Source: a virus
IMG/VR virus record: IMGVR_UViG_3300045988_136686
Span: 3,686 to 67,685 of that record
Reading direction: 5' to 3' (one strand)
DNA length: 64,000 nucleotides
The notes below the pieces were generated by a model that saw nothing but the letters and a program-made list of their open reading frames with translations, was not told the DNA's origin and searched no databases. Each line of letters begins with the position of its first letter. Positions within the stretch are counted from its first letter, which is position 1. Below are positions 55,235-64,000 of the stretch, one piece after another. The translations under genes and the position numbers were made by a program.

Positions 55235-55654
55235 TTATGAATTTCTATCTGCTGGATTATATTCGACAAGTTTTAGAGAAAATCGTGCTATTCCTCTCAT
55301 GAATTGCGTAAATTGATTGCATGAAATATAGATTGTTTTGTAAGTAATATTTGGTTGATACTTTGTTTTTATATTTATTATGCCTGTTGCCAATTCTTCA
55401 CAAAAGCTGTTGTATCTTGAAAAGAATTCTTCTTCCGTTTTTGCCGTCAGGTTAAAAGTTAAAGTGATATTTCGTTCATCGATTTTAGGATTAGAGGACA
55501 GGACTCGTTTGCCATGTTCTAATCGAGACTTGTTTTCGATGAACTCTTTTAAAGGTGACGGTGTCATTAAGGAGGAAAGAGATGATGTATCCATACTTAT
55601 ACCCCAAGTTGTATAGCAGTCTTTCCCATTTATGTAAAACTCTCCCGATGCCAT
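55235..55654 (-). CDS. distal tail protein candidate
   Basis: 139 aa. The call rests on position between the tape measure and fibre genes only. Confidence 0.4.
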   Translation of the reverse strand: MASGEFYINGKDCYTTWGISMDTSSLSSLMTPSPLKEFIENKSRLEHGKRVLSSNPKIDERNITLTFNLTAKTEEEFFSRYNSFCEELATGIINIKTKYQPNITYKTIYISCNQFTQFMRGIARFSLKLVEYNPADRNS

Positions 55655-55655
55655 T

Positions 55656-56081
55656 TTATTTAAGTATAACTGAAGTTTTGTCTTTATTGATTTCTACAGG
55701 ACAATTTCGTATGTTTATAAGTCTAATAACTGCGTAATTACGGGCAACTATTATAGCTCTGGCTCCATGCATGAGTATAACTTTGTGAACTCTAGTATTA
55801 TCGTCAAATACTAGTTCCGCATTGGTATTGCCTATTAAAGCAATATTGGTATCATTACTTCTTTTTACATTTTTAGTGTCGACAAACACGCAATAATTAG
55901 CAATATCATTACTCATCTCACGGAACGTTTCAATAGGAGGGAAGTTGTTCTTTTCACAAAACTCTATGCCTTGTGGTGTAAAGAACAACCATACTAGAGT
56001 TTTCCAGTCACCAACACCATAAGACTTATTACAAGCTCCTTTTTGTAAAGCAGCCATCATTATTTCTTTTACTGTATTCAT
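55656..56081 (-). CDS. hypothetical tail-module protein
   Basis: 141 aa ORF following the tape measure gene. Confidence 0.5.
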   Translation of the reverse strand: MNTVKEIMMAALQKGACNKSYGVGDWKTLVWLFFTPQGIEFCEKNNFPPIETFREMSNDIANYCVFVDTKNVKRSNDTNIALIGNTNAELVFDDNTRVHKVILMHGARAIIVARNYAVIRLINIRNCPVEINKDKTSVILK

Positions 56082-56083
56082 AT

Positions 56084-59000
56084 CTATAAATCTTTAGTAT
56101 TCCTATTGACTTGTGCTATATCGGATTTTATATCAATTAATAATTTCGTATATTTTGCAATGTCTTCTAAGTAGCTATTCGTAATCACATGTTGATTAAG
56201 AATGTTATTTAGTATAGAATTGCTATTAGTTGATACAGATAAAAGAGAATTTAGAGAGATTACGGCTGAAATCATTTGGTTTTTGATTTCTTCACCAGAA
56301 AGCTGCAACGCTGTAAACCGGCCGTTTAATTCCGTTGCTGTATCTTGTGACATGGTTTCAAAACCTCCGGCTGTCGACTTTTGTTCGGTGGTAGAACTTT
56401 CTCCCATGAGACTATCAGCCCAACCGAATTGAGCATCTATTTCTTGTTGAAGCTGTTCAGCCATGTTGTTGATGTAATCTTGTTCCCATTGAGAAAGCAC
56501 GTTGTCGGCATAAAATTGTTGCAACTTAGTGCGTATTTCCTCCATTTTATTTGAGGATTTAATTGCTGCCTTAATGCTCTCTGTTACCATTTGTTGCATC
56601 ATCTGTTTTACAACATCTTTTGCAGATTTAGCCCTATTCTCGCCAGAAGCCCATGCATCTGCATAAGCTTCTGCAAAGTTGTCAATAGCACTTTTTAGGT
56701 CTTCACCAAATATGACATCGATAGCTTTTTCTTTGTTATCAGAAATGAGATTGTTTATTTCGTCAATTTGATTTTCCCATTCTTTTATTCTGTCGCTATC
56801 TGTATTCTTTTTATCTTTTTCTTCTTTAATTTGATTTTGAATAAGTACTTTTTGTTGTTCTAGCAATTTATTTTGGTCTTCAATCAAGCTGGAAGCACTC
56901 TTTCCGTAAGCAGTTTCAATGGACTTGCCTAACTTTTCATACGAACGGTCAAGTGTATCTACCTGATCTTGTAATTTCTGAATCCGTTTTTCATTTTTTG
57001 CGTCGTGGATTTTTGCGATAGAGGAAGCAAGAGAGGAGACAAGACCGATGGCAGCACCAGCAGCAGAACCTATCGGTCCAAATATAGCACCTGCTTCTGC
57101 CCCTTGCATAGCTGAATTGAGGCCGTCCATAGCCACATTGATACCTTCGGCAATGCCTGACAGTGTATCAGATCCGAAAGCCTCTCCGAGATTTGAAAAT
57201 GTGTCGGAAAGGAATTGGGCTACACTTAATACCTCACTTAATCCACTTCTTATTTCTTCAAGTCCATCTTGCAATTTTTTTGTGTTTGAACCGGCATCGA
57301 ATACTTTTTTAAGACCATTAGCTAGTTTGTTAAACCCCGTTTCAGATTGATCTGCGGAATTACGGACATTATCTATACCTTTTCTAATTCGTTCTAATTC
57401 TTCGGGAGATTTACGCAATGTGTCGAAGGTCTCTTTTGTCATACCAAATTCAAGACCTTTGTTTTCGTCCCATTCGCCTGATTGCAAGAATTGGAATGCT
57501 CGTTCAGCTTCATTAGCAATGAGACGCATATCTGCAACTGTGTGTTGACGCATATCGTCAAACAATTTACTTATGGCAGACGTAGATTTATTCGCCTCTA
57601 TATCCAAATCAGATAGTGCCCTTTTTGTTTCTTCGTCAATAGACTTCTGTTCCCATTCGTTTTTGCCTACCTTACGAGATTCGCCTTGCTCAATAATAGC
57701 ATTACGCTTTTCATAATAGTTCCCGTAAGCGGCAAGATAATCGTTCATTGCGTTAATTTCATCATCGAGAATTTCTTTGGTCTGTTTATTCTTATTCTTT
57801 TCATTTAACCTATTTGCGGTATCAATATTTTCCTGTTGTTCAGTTGTTAGTCCATTCTCATTAAGCTTGGAGGGTTCAATCTTAGCTACTTTGTTTAACT
57901 CGGCCAGCTCTTTCTCTTTCTTTTTAATTTCTTTTTTCTGTTCTTCATAATAGTAGTTAATTTGCTTCAATTTCTTATCTTTACCTTCTTCCCAGAGGGA
58001 GATTTCTTTCTCTTGATTTTTTTTACGAAGCTCAAGAAGTTCATCAACAAGTTTCTGCTCGGCCTCTTTTTGCTCTTTTGCTTGCTTATCTTCAGCCGCT
58101 TTATCAGATTTGGTTTTAGGCAGCTTTGCACGGAGTGCGTCAATTCGTGATTGTAACGCATTGTATTCCTTGCTTCCGCTTACGGTTTCTCCCTGCTCTT
58201 TCTCTAATTTTGAGATTTGTGTTTTGACTTCATTGATTACTCTCAAATCTTTCTCACGTTCAAGTATAGTGTCTTGAAGCGACTTGATATAAGCTTCTTG
58301 TTGATCCACTGCTTCTTTTGTTCCGCTGCCGTCTGCAAGAGCCTTTTTTAATGATGCAAGTGAGGTTTCAGCCTTCTTGATTTCTTCTTCAAGTTGGGAG
58401 ATGGATTTACCTTCGGTGGAAAATGGCTCATTTGCTGTCTGTTGAGAGGTATTTATACTTGTAACGCCAAACTTTTCACGGGCTTTTCCATCTAAATCCT
58501 CTGTTATTTTTTGCGCTTCTCGGATATTGGAGATATATGTATCAATACGTGAATCCGCAAAAATCGTACCTTTGTCTTGTATTTCATTTAGTTTGTCTTG
58601 GATCGCAGCATCCAAATCTCTTCGTTCCAATATGGCATGGTAGATTTCTGAATAGAGTTTTGCACCTTCTTTATCTCCTAACTCGCTATATAGGCGGTCT
58701 TGTATCTTTCCGAGATTATCGGACATTATGTTGTCCAACCAATCTTCCTGCTGCGACTTGAATTGCTGGTATTGTCTTGCCCCGTAAGAATCTGTGATTG
58801 CTTTTGTGAGTTTTTTATAAGCTTCTTCCGTGAGTCCAACCTTATTTATTTCTTCTTCGAGTCCATCATAATACTTGCTATATCCTGCAACAATTTTTTC
58901 TTTGACGGTATTATATTCATCTGTACCTTCTTTTAATGAAGACAATTCTCCATTGAGCTTAGCAAGTTCCCTTTGCTCAGATAAGGCTGCTTTCTCAGAT

Positions 59001-60172
59001 TCCTTTCCCGCAGCATCCAGCCTTTCCAGTGCCTTTTCTGCTTCTGTTTGATAAGTGACTAATTTATAAATGCCCAAACCTAGTGCTGCTACTGCCGCTG
59101 CTACTGCGACATATGGGTTGGCAAGTAAAGTCTTGTTCAGTGCAGCTTGCGCAACTTGCAATAATTTCGTGCGAGTAGCAGCCAAAGCTTCTGCATTTGA
59201 TAATGTTATTCCTGAAGCTGTTGCAAGACTTTGATTTAATGCGGACTGAGCTAATACGGCGGAATATACTTTTTGTAAAGCTGTTATAGTAATCAATGCA
59301 GCTTTATACGCTCCGTATGTTACGACGATTTCAAGCAAGGTTTTTCCGACAGTTTCATAGTTTTCTATCAAATAAGAAACGCTGGATAATGCATCATTGA
59401 TAATACCTTCATTCGCTTTGCCGATGTCGTTCAACATCATCGAGAAACTATCTCCTATGTTAGAAATCTGTCCGGTAATGGTTTTGCTTTGTTCTTGCAT
59501 TAAGTTAAAGAACATACCACCCTCGTTGGTAAGGTTCTGTATGACTTTCTGAACCTCTGGAAACCCTATCATACCAGCTTCTACCATTCCTTTGATTTCA
59601 CTTTCAGCTACTCCAAATTCTTTGGCAAGTTCTTTTATCATTGGAATACCTCGTCCAGTGAATTGGTTTAGGTCCTGTGTATAAAGTCGACCTTGTGTCA
59701 TAGTTGTACCATAGAGATATACTAAGTCTCCCAAAGGTTGTGAAAGTCCGGCTGCAATGTTCCCTAATCGTATAAGAGTCTCGTTAACATCTTCGGCAGA
59801 AGTACCGTAAGCCAGTAATTGACGAGCTCCATTGGCAACACCTTGTAAATCGAATGGAGTTTTGGCGGCTGTTTCTGTGAGCTGAGCCATAAGGACGTTT
59901 GCCTTTTCACTACTTCCAAGCATAGTGGTAAAGGCGACCTCTAATTGTTGAAATTCACCTCTTACTTGTATAATATTTTGGATAAGTTCTTTTGCTGTAA
60001 AGCCAGCCCCAAAAGCTGCAGCTGCTTTCGTCATTTTGTTGAACATATCTTCTATGCCCAATCCATTTTTTTCTATTTCCTTAGAAGTATTGGTTACTCC
60101 GGTTTCTACTTCTCGTAGTTTACGAAGAAAATTAGAATTGTCGCCTGTTATATCAAAATGAAGTCCGGCCAT
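56084..60172 (-). CDS. tail tape measure protein
   Basis: 1362 aa, largely coiled-coil, with a hydrophobic Gly/Ala-rich segment (GAIFGPIGSAAGAAIGLV). Canonical position. Confidence 0.85.
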   Translation of the reverse strand: MAGLHFDITGDNSNFLRKLREVETGVTNTSKEIEKNGLGIEDMFNKMTKAAAAFGAGFTAKELIQNIIQVRGEFQQLEVAFTTMLGSSEKANVLMAQLTETAAKTPFDLQGVANGARQLLAYGTSAEDVNETLIRLGNIAAGLSQPLGDLVYLYGTTMTQGRLYTQDLNQFTGRGIPMIKELAKEFGVAESEIKGMVEAGMIGFPEVQKVIQNLTNEGGMFFNLMQEQSKTITGQISNIGDSFSMMLNDIGKANEGIINDALSSVSYLIENYETVGKTLLEIVVTYGAYKAALITITALQKVYSAVLAQSALNQSLATASGITLSNAEALAATRTKLLQVAQAALNKTLLANPYVAVAAAVAALGLGIYKLVTYQTEAEKALERLDAAGKESEKAALSEQRELAKLNGELSSLKEGTDEYNTVKEKIVAGYSKYYDGLEEEINKVGLTEEAYKKLTKAITDSYGARQYQQFKSQQEDWLDNIMSDNLGKIQDRLYSELGDKEGAKLYSEIYHAILERRDLDAAIQDKLNEIQDKGTIFADSRIDTYISNIREAQKITEDLDGKAREKFGVTSINTSQQTANEPFSTEGKSISQLEEEIKKAETSLASLKKALADGSGTKEAVDQQEAYIKSLQDTILEREKDLRVINEVKTQISKLEKEQGETVSGSKEYNALQSRIDALRAKLPKTKSDKAAEDKQAKEQKEAEQKLVDELLELRKKNQEKEISLWEEGKDKKLKQINYYYEEQKKEIKKKEKELAELNKVAKIEPSKLNENGLTTEQQENIDTANRLNEKNKNKQTKEILDDEINAMNDYLAAYGNYYEKRNAIIEQGESRKVGKNEWEQKSIDEETKRALSDLDIEANKSTSAISKLFDDMRQHTVADMRLIANEAERAFQFLQSGEWDENKGLEFGMTKETFDTLRKSPEELERIRKGIDNVRNSADQSETGFNKLANGLKKVFDAGSNTKKLQDGLEEIRSGLSEVLSVAQFLSDTFSNLGEAFGSDTLSGIAEGINVAMDGLNSAMQGAEAGAIFGPIGSAAGAAIGLVSSLASSIAKIHDAKNEKRIQKLQDQVDTLDRSYEKLGKSIETAYGKSASSLIEDQNKLLEQQKVLIQNQIKEEKDKKNTDSDRIKEWENQIDEINNLISDNKEKAIDVIFGEDLKSAIDNFAEAYADAWASGENRAKSAKDVVKQMMQQMVTESIKAAIKSSNKMEEIRTKLQQFYADNVLSQWEQDYINNMAEQLQQEIDAQFGWADSLMGESSTTEQKSTAGGFETMSQDTATELNGRFTALQLSGEEIKNQMISAVISLNSLLSVSTNSNSILNNILNQHVITNSYLEDIAKYTKLLIDIKSDIAQVNRNTKDL

Positions 60173-60362
60173 GAGTCTTTTCGATTAAAGGGGGTAGATG
60201 TAACATCACATCATTTGCAAATATACAAAAGTGTATGAAATTCATATACTTTTGATAAAATAGAATAGAGTTAATAAAGTTTAACTAATGTGTGAGTATA
60301 AATATTTTAATAAATGATTATTGTATTATACTTTTGACGAAACAATCTTAACAGCATAAGAT

Positions 60363-61523
60363 ATGGATTTCAAAGATACAATTCAACAGATTGTAGAGAA
60401 AATTGCTAAACAGAAGGATAGCATAGCAACGGAAGAAGCGACAAAAAACTCTTTTGTAATGCCTGTGATAGCAGCATTGGGATATGATGTATTCAATCCC
60501 TTTGAGGTTGTACCGGAAATGGATTGTGACTTAGTTAAGAGGAAAGGCGAAAAAATAGACTATGCCATAATGAAGGACGAAAATCCTATATTACTTATAG
60601 AATGCAAGCATTGTAAACAAAACTTGAATTTACATGACACTCAGTTACAAAGATATTTTGTCGCTTCAAAGGCTAGGTTTGGGGTCTTGACGAATGGAAT
60701 AGAATATCGCTTTTATACAGATTTAGAAAAGGTGAACATAATGGACGAAAAGCCGTTCCTTGTGGTGAATATGCTCGACTTATCGGACAACGATATTGAG
60801 CAACTAAAAAAGTTTCATAAGTCTTATTATAATGAGCAAGATATATTGAGTACGGCACAAGAGTTACAAATCACGATACAAGTAAAAGAAATGCTTAATC
60901 GTAATTTCCAAATGCCAGACGATGAATTTACACGTTATTTTGTCCGTAATCTTAATGATGGGAAATATACGGCAAAACTTGTGGACCAATATAGACCTAT
61001 TGTTAAGAAATCCATTGCTTCGGTGATTAACGATATTATATCCGACCGTTTGAATGTGGCTATGAAGAATGAGAATAAGGATGAAAAACAAATGCCACAG
61101 GAGGTTGAGAATGAAAATCAACAGCCGAACGAAATGAATGAAGAAAAACTTCCTGATGGTGTAGTATTTCAAGACCGAGAAAAAGGTATAGTTACTATAC
61201 AAGAGGAGATAGATGCCTATAATATCGTGCGTAGTATATTGAGGCAGTATGTAGATGTATCTCGTATTCAATATAACGACTACAAGACTTATTTTTCCGT
61301 GAACATAGATGGTAGTACATGGTGGTGGATTTGCCGCATTTATATAGGGAAACGGAGTAAAAAAATATGCTTGCCAAAGGATAACTACAAGACGAATGAA
61401 TGGATTGACATCGAGACTATCGATGATATTTTTAATTATGCCGATGGTCTTAAAGAGGGTCTTGATTTGGCATTGAAAGAGGCGAATTATTGGCTTGCAA
61501 AGAAAAATGAATTAGAAAAATGA
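60363..61523 (+). CDS. PD-(D/E)xK nuclease-fold protein (HsdR N-terminal-like domain), paralog B
   Basis: 386 aa. Same D...ExK...Q..Y...TNG motifs as 37976..39070. Antisense to the flanking tail genes. Confidence 0.65.
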   Translation: MDFKDTIQQIVEKIAKQKDSIATEEATKNSFVMPVIAALGYDVFNPFEVVPEMDCDLVKRKGEKIDYAIMKDENPILLIECKHCKQNLNLHDTQLQRYFVASKARFGVLTNGIEYRFYTDLEKVNIMDEKPFLVVNMLDLSDNDIEQLKKFHKSYYNEQDILSTAQELQITIQVKEMLNRNFQMPDDEFTRYFVRNLNDGKYTAKLVDQYRPIVKKSIASVINDIISDRLNVAMKNENKDEKQMPQEVENENQQPNEMNEEKLPDGVVFQDREKGIVTIQEEIDAYNIVRSILRQYVDVSRIQYNDYKTYFSVNIDGSTWWWICRIYIGKRSKKICLPKDNYKTNEWIDIETIDDIFNYADGLKEGLDLALKEANYWLAKKNELEK

Positions 61524-62014
61524 CAAACGTAACTAATACAAATTTTAGAATTATGAGAAAGTTTTTGCTAATCATAGTTTGTGCTTTATCCATTACATCT
61601 TGCTCAGATAATGATCCTGAGATATTATCAGTAATGATTAATGTAAAATGTGATAATAAAATTGCATCTCCTTCTTTGGTTCGCTTATATGAATATGAAA
61701 CAGCAAGAGACTTTGATGACAGCTATATGTCTACAATGGAGTACGGCGATTCTCAAGTTTTAAGAGATAAGTTGGGTAATGAGTTGACTCCCGCATATAC
61801 ATCTGACACGTTTTCTGGAATAAATATTTTTGAGGACATAAAAACAGGGGTATATTTGGCTGTAATACTTTATAAACCTGACGGCTTTACATGGCCGATG
61901 TTTTATTTTTATGGATATAAAGTAATTAATGTTGACGAGGATAATAACGCACTTTTACATAATATATGTTTTTCTTATAGTGAATACGACCGAGGTAAAT
62001 TCATTGAGTTTTAG
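61520..62014 (+). CDS. lipoprotein
   Basis: ATGA-coupled to the upstream gene. Lipobox MRKFLLIIVCALSITSC (internal ATG at 61553). Confidence 0.6.
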   Translation: MTNVTNTNFRIMRKFLLIIVCALSITSCSDNDPEILSVMINVKCDNKIASPSLVRLYEYETARDFDDSYMSTMEYGDSQVLRDKLGNELTPAYTSDTFSGINIFEDIKTGVYLAVILYKPDGFTWPMFYFYGYKVINVDEDNNALLHNICFSYSEYDRGKFIEF

Positions 62015-62727
62015 TCCCACTTCATTCCTTTTATTTTATCCATATTTTTAGGATCGTCCCCGTTTATAAATGTTCGGTCCGTAGATATATGATATTTTTT
62101 TATCTCATCGTCAGTAAGGTATATAGATGTTATGTAATCATTAAGTAACATATGCAGGTTGGCATAACTAATACCCCATACAACATAGTCCATAGTCCAG
62201 CCATAGCGTTCGCAGGCTATATCTATCAAAGTACCATAAATACTTTTACCTCCAAAGGTTATAGTGTTACACTTCTTTTTCTTGATTCTTGATATTTTTT
62301 CTTGTTCTTTTTTCTCAATATCAATCTTAAAGTGTTGAATAAACTGGTCAATGTTATCCTTTGATAACACTATTATGAATAGTTGAGCAAGTTCTTCATT
62401 CGATAGGTTGTCTTCAAATAGCTTTCGTCTTTCATTTATTAGGTGGCTATTGAATAATTCTTCCTTTTTATCGAATGTATGGTAAGACAATATTTTGCAT
62501 ATAATATCTCTTTTGGAATCGCATAATCGTAATGCTTCCATATATGGATTTAGAGAAAGGAAGTCTTTATTTATTTCTAAATTTTCGGTAAGACGTGATA
62601 AAAGGTATATTTTACCTAATGTGGCAGGGTATAAGTAGAATTGCATTTCTCCTATATGGAACTCATAAGGTCTTTCCATGATAGTATCTGCAATATCCAT
62701 TTCTATTATTTTCCCTTCTTTGTCCAT
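62011..62727 (-). CDS. hypothetical protein in tail assembly chaperone position
   Basis: Start trimmed to MDKEGKII, because the 5' part of the track ORF overlaps a tRNA. Confidence 0.5.
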   Translation of the reverse strand: MDKEGKIIEMDIADTIMERPYEFHIGEMQFYLYPATLGKIYLLSRLTENLEINKDFLSLNPYMEALRLCDSKRDIICKILSYHTFDKKEELFNSHLINERRKLFEDNLSNEELAQLFIIVLSKDNIDQFIQHFKIDIEKKEQEKISRIKKKKCNTITFGGKSIYGTLIDIACERYGWTMDYVVWGISYANLHMLLNDYITSIYLTDDEIKKYHISTDRTFINGDDPKNMDKIKGMKWD

Positions 62728-62745
62728 GCAAAATAAATTATATTG

Positions 62746-62816
62746 AGCGCAACTGTGGGGTCGAACCACAACTTTATACATGGAGTGTATATGTGCTACC
62801 GTTACACTAGATACGC
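62746..62816 (-). tRNA. tRNA, Gly(UCC)-like, with C at position 33
   Basis: Reverse complement is GCGTATCTAGTGTAACGGTAGCACATATACACTCCATGTATAAAGTTGTGGTTCGACCCCACAGTTGCGC plus T. Anticodon stem TATAC/GTATA, loop ACTCCAT. The GCG acceptor start and U73 fit Gly identity. Confidence 0.65.
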
Positions 62817-62869
62817 AGAACACGTGGGTACGAAGCCCCCACGTTTGGCTCTATCTACAACCTATTGAA

Positions 62870-63418
62870 TTATCCACCAACACTTGGATTAGGAGCTACT
62901 TCGAATTTATCACCGTCTCCAGACTCATCTTCAGGATCGCATTCAATTTTACTGATGTTTCCACCAGATTCCGTCACGATGATTTTACCCCACTGAATTT
63001 GTTTTTTATCGGCGGCTGCTTTCAAAGCATCAAAAGTGTATGCCCAAACACCACCGTCAGCAGAAGTAAAAGTGTCTTCGACGGAAACTGTCGTTTTCTC
63101 CATGCAGAAGCCTTGAACTTCTGGGTCTTCCGGTTGAACAACAACGGCATAATTGTGTGCAACAATACCATCGCTATCACTTACAGGACGCTTACGTCCT
63201 TTTGCGGCACGAATGTTCAATGCCAAAGCATAGGTATTCTTTCCATACTTTACATCTTCATTTTCGCCTCCTTCGATTTTTGCTTCTTGTTTATCTCCTT
63301 TTGTTGTTGTCAACTGTGTAGAATCTTCCACAGGGGTAGGTAATTCCTCCCATTTAGGAGCAGAAGCATCCAAATCTTTTATAAATACACGGGGCTTACC
63401 CCATCCTATTACTGCCAT
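62870..63418 (-). CDS. putative major tail (tube) protein
   Basis: 182 aa. The call rests on position upstream of the chaperone and tape measure genes and on size. No motif recognised. Confidence 0.45.
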   Translation of the reverse strand: MAVIGWGKPRVFIKDLDASAPKWEELPTPVEDSTQLTTTKGDKQEAKIEGGENEDVKYGKNTYALALNIRAAKGRKRPVSDSDGIVAHNYAVVVQPEDPEVQGFCMEKTTVSVEDTFTSADGGVWAYTFDALKAAADKKQIQWGKIIVTESGGNISKIECDPEDESGDGDKFEVAPNPSVGG

Positions 63419-63443
63419 GATATACCTAATTTATATTAAAAAT

Positions 63444-63866
63444 TTATTCGTTATTTATCTCTATGTACAGTTTGTTATTAATGAAATGCTCTGTATGTCC
63501 GTCTTCAAATGAAACTCCTGTTGAATCAGTTTTTTGACTGCATTGTGATGGAACCGTATGATATTCGTCTTTTCGTATAGCGAATAAAAACTTCGATAGT
63601 TCGCATAATTCACAAATTCGGATTGAATCTTTTTCCCATGTTTTAGTTTCAGAGTCCCATAAGTCTTTGACATATATATTGACATTCACATAGGCTCGTT
63701 GTATTTGTCCGCAACCTTCATTTGCAAGAACAGATATGACTATATCTTCTTTATCAGATTTGTTGGGCCTTCCTCTGTCACTCAATTTACCGGAGACATT
63801 ACATTCGAGTTCTGTACCTTTAATTTTGTGATAAACGAACTTAGCTATTTCAATATCAGATTTCAT
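63444..63866 (-). CDS. hypothetical virion protein (tail completion position)
   Basis: 140 aa ORF. Confidence 0.45.
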   Translation of the reverse strand: MKSDIEIAKFVYHKIKGTELECNVSGKLSDRGRPNKSDKEDIVISVLANEGCGQIQRAYVNVNIYVKDLWDSETKTWEKDSIRICELCELSKFLFAIRKDEYHTVPSQCSQKTDSTGVSFEDGHTEHFINNKLYIEINNE

Positions 63867-64000
63867 TATTTCGCAATCTGTCTTTTAAGTTTTTCAAGCA
63901 TCAATGGAACTTGTTCTCTTGCCCAAAGTTCGGTTGATGCAAGTACGTCTTTATTATCCATCGCTTCTACAAATTCAGCATAGTTCATTCCGGCGACTAC
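63866..64000 (-). CDS. partial CDS, 3' end only (truncated by window edge)
   Basis: The frame is open to the window edge. It ends ...LMLEKLKRQIAK with a TAA overlapping the next ATG (TAATG). Confidence 0.45.
   Translation of the reverse strand, partial: VVAGMNYAEFVEAMDNKDVLASTELWAREQVPLMLEKLKRQIAK

Noticed and set aside
60864-61271. 135-aa minus-strand ORF inside cassette B
   Set aside because: It is antisense to the nuclease-fold gene, is low-complexity (rich in I, L, F and Y), and has no counterpart in the paralogous cassette A.
1-64000. Genome-wide TAG stop-codon reassignment (as in some Bacteroides-infecting phages)
   Set aside because: ORFs of 1362, 1097 and 893 aa are intact under the standard code. 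Many genes end in TAG followed quickly by other stops, for example at 7155, 5087, 17959, 21512, 31736 and 32268. Only two accessory genes show in-frame TAG continuation.

Overview
The window reads as one AT-rich temperate siphovirus-like phage genome. No host flanks are visible. More than 90% is coded on the minus strand. Lipobox lipoproteins, a Bacteroides-type tyrosine integrase and the absence of obvious SD sites suggest a Bacteroidales host (inference).

Gene order on the minus strand, right to left:
- Tail tube, chaperone, tape measure and tail fibre module (64-47.6 kb).
- Lysis genes: holin-like protein, M15 endolysin and a unimolecular spanin (47.6-45 kb).
- A terminator-bounded accessory island (44.8-41.3 kb).
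- An attP-like tRNA 3' fragment and the integrase (41 kb).
- A plus-strand lysogeny operon (36.5-39.6 kb).
- A recombination, replication and DNA-methylation module (36-20 kb).
- Portal, then an intein-containing head-morphogenesis protein with an ADP-ribosyltransferase (ART) domain (20-14.5 kb).
- About 20 small ORFs, then tRNAs, then a four-gene enzyme cassette joined to terS-terL (8.3-1.6 kb).

The best candidates for undescribed biology are:
1. An opine-dehydrogenase-like / amidoligase / ParB-like / ATP-grasp cassette, translationally coupled and joined to the terminase operon.
2. Two diverged copies of a plus-strand cassette (PD-(D/E)xK HsdR_N-like protein plus lipoprotein). One sits in the lysogeny operon. 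The other is inserted antisense between the tail chaperone and the tape measure gene.
3. A Panacea (PanA)-like antitoxin with a membrane protein, inserted as an independent unit in the lysis module.
4. Two accessory genes interrupted by in-frame TAG codons, and one cysteine-rich ORF with 79 open codons but no start codon.
5. Several tRNA genes with non-canonical anticodon loops.

All functional calls rest on motif recognition by eye. No database search was run.
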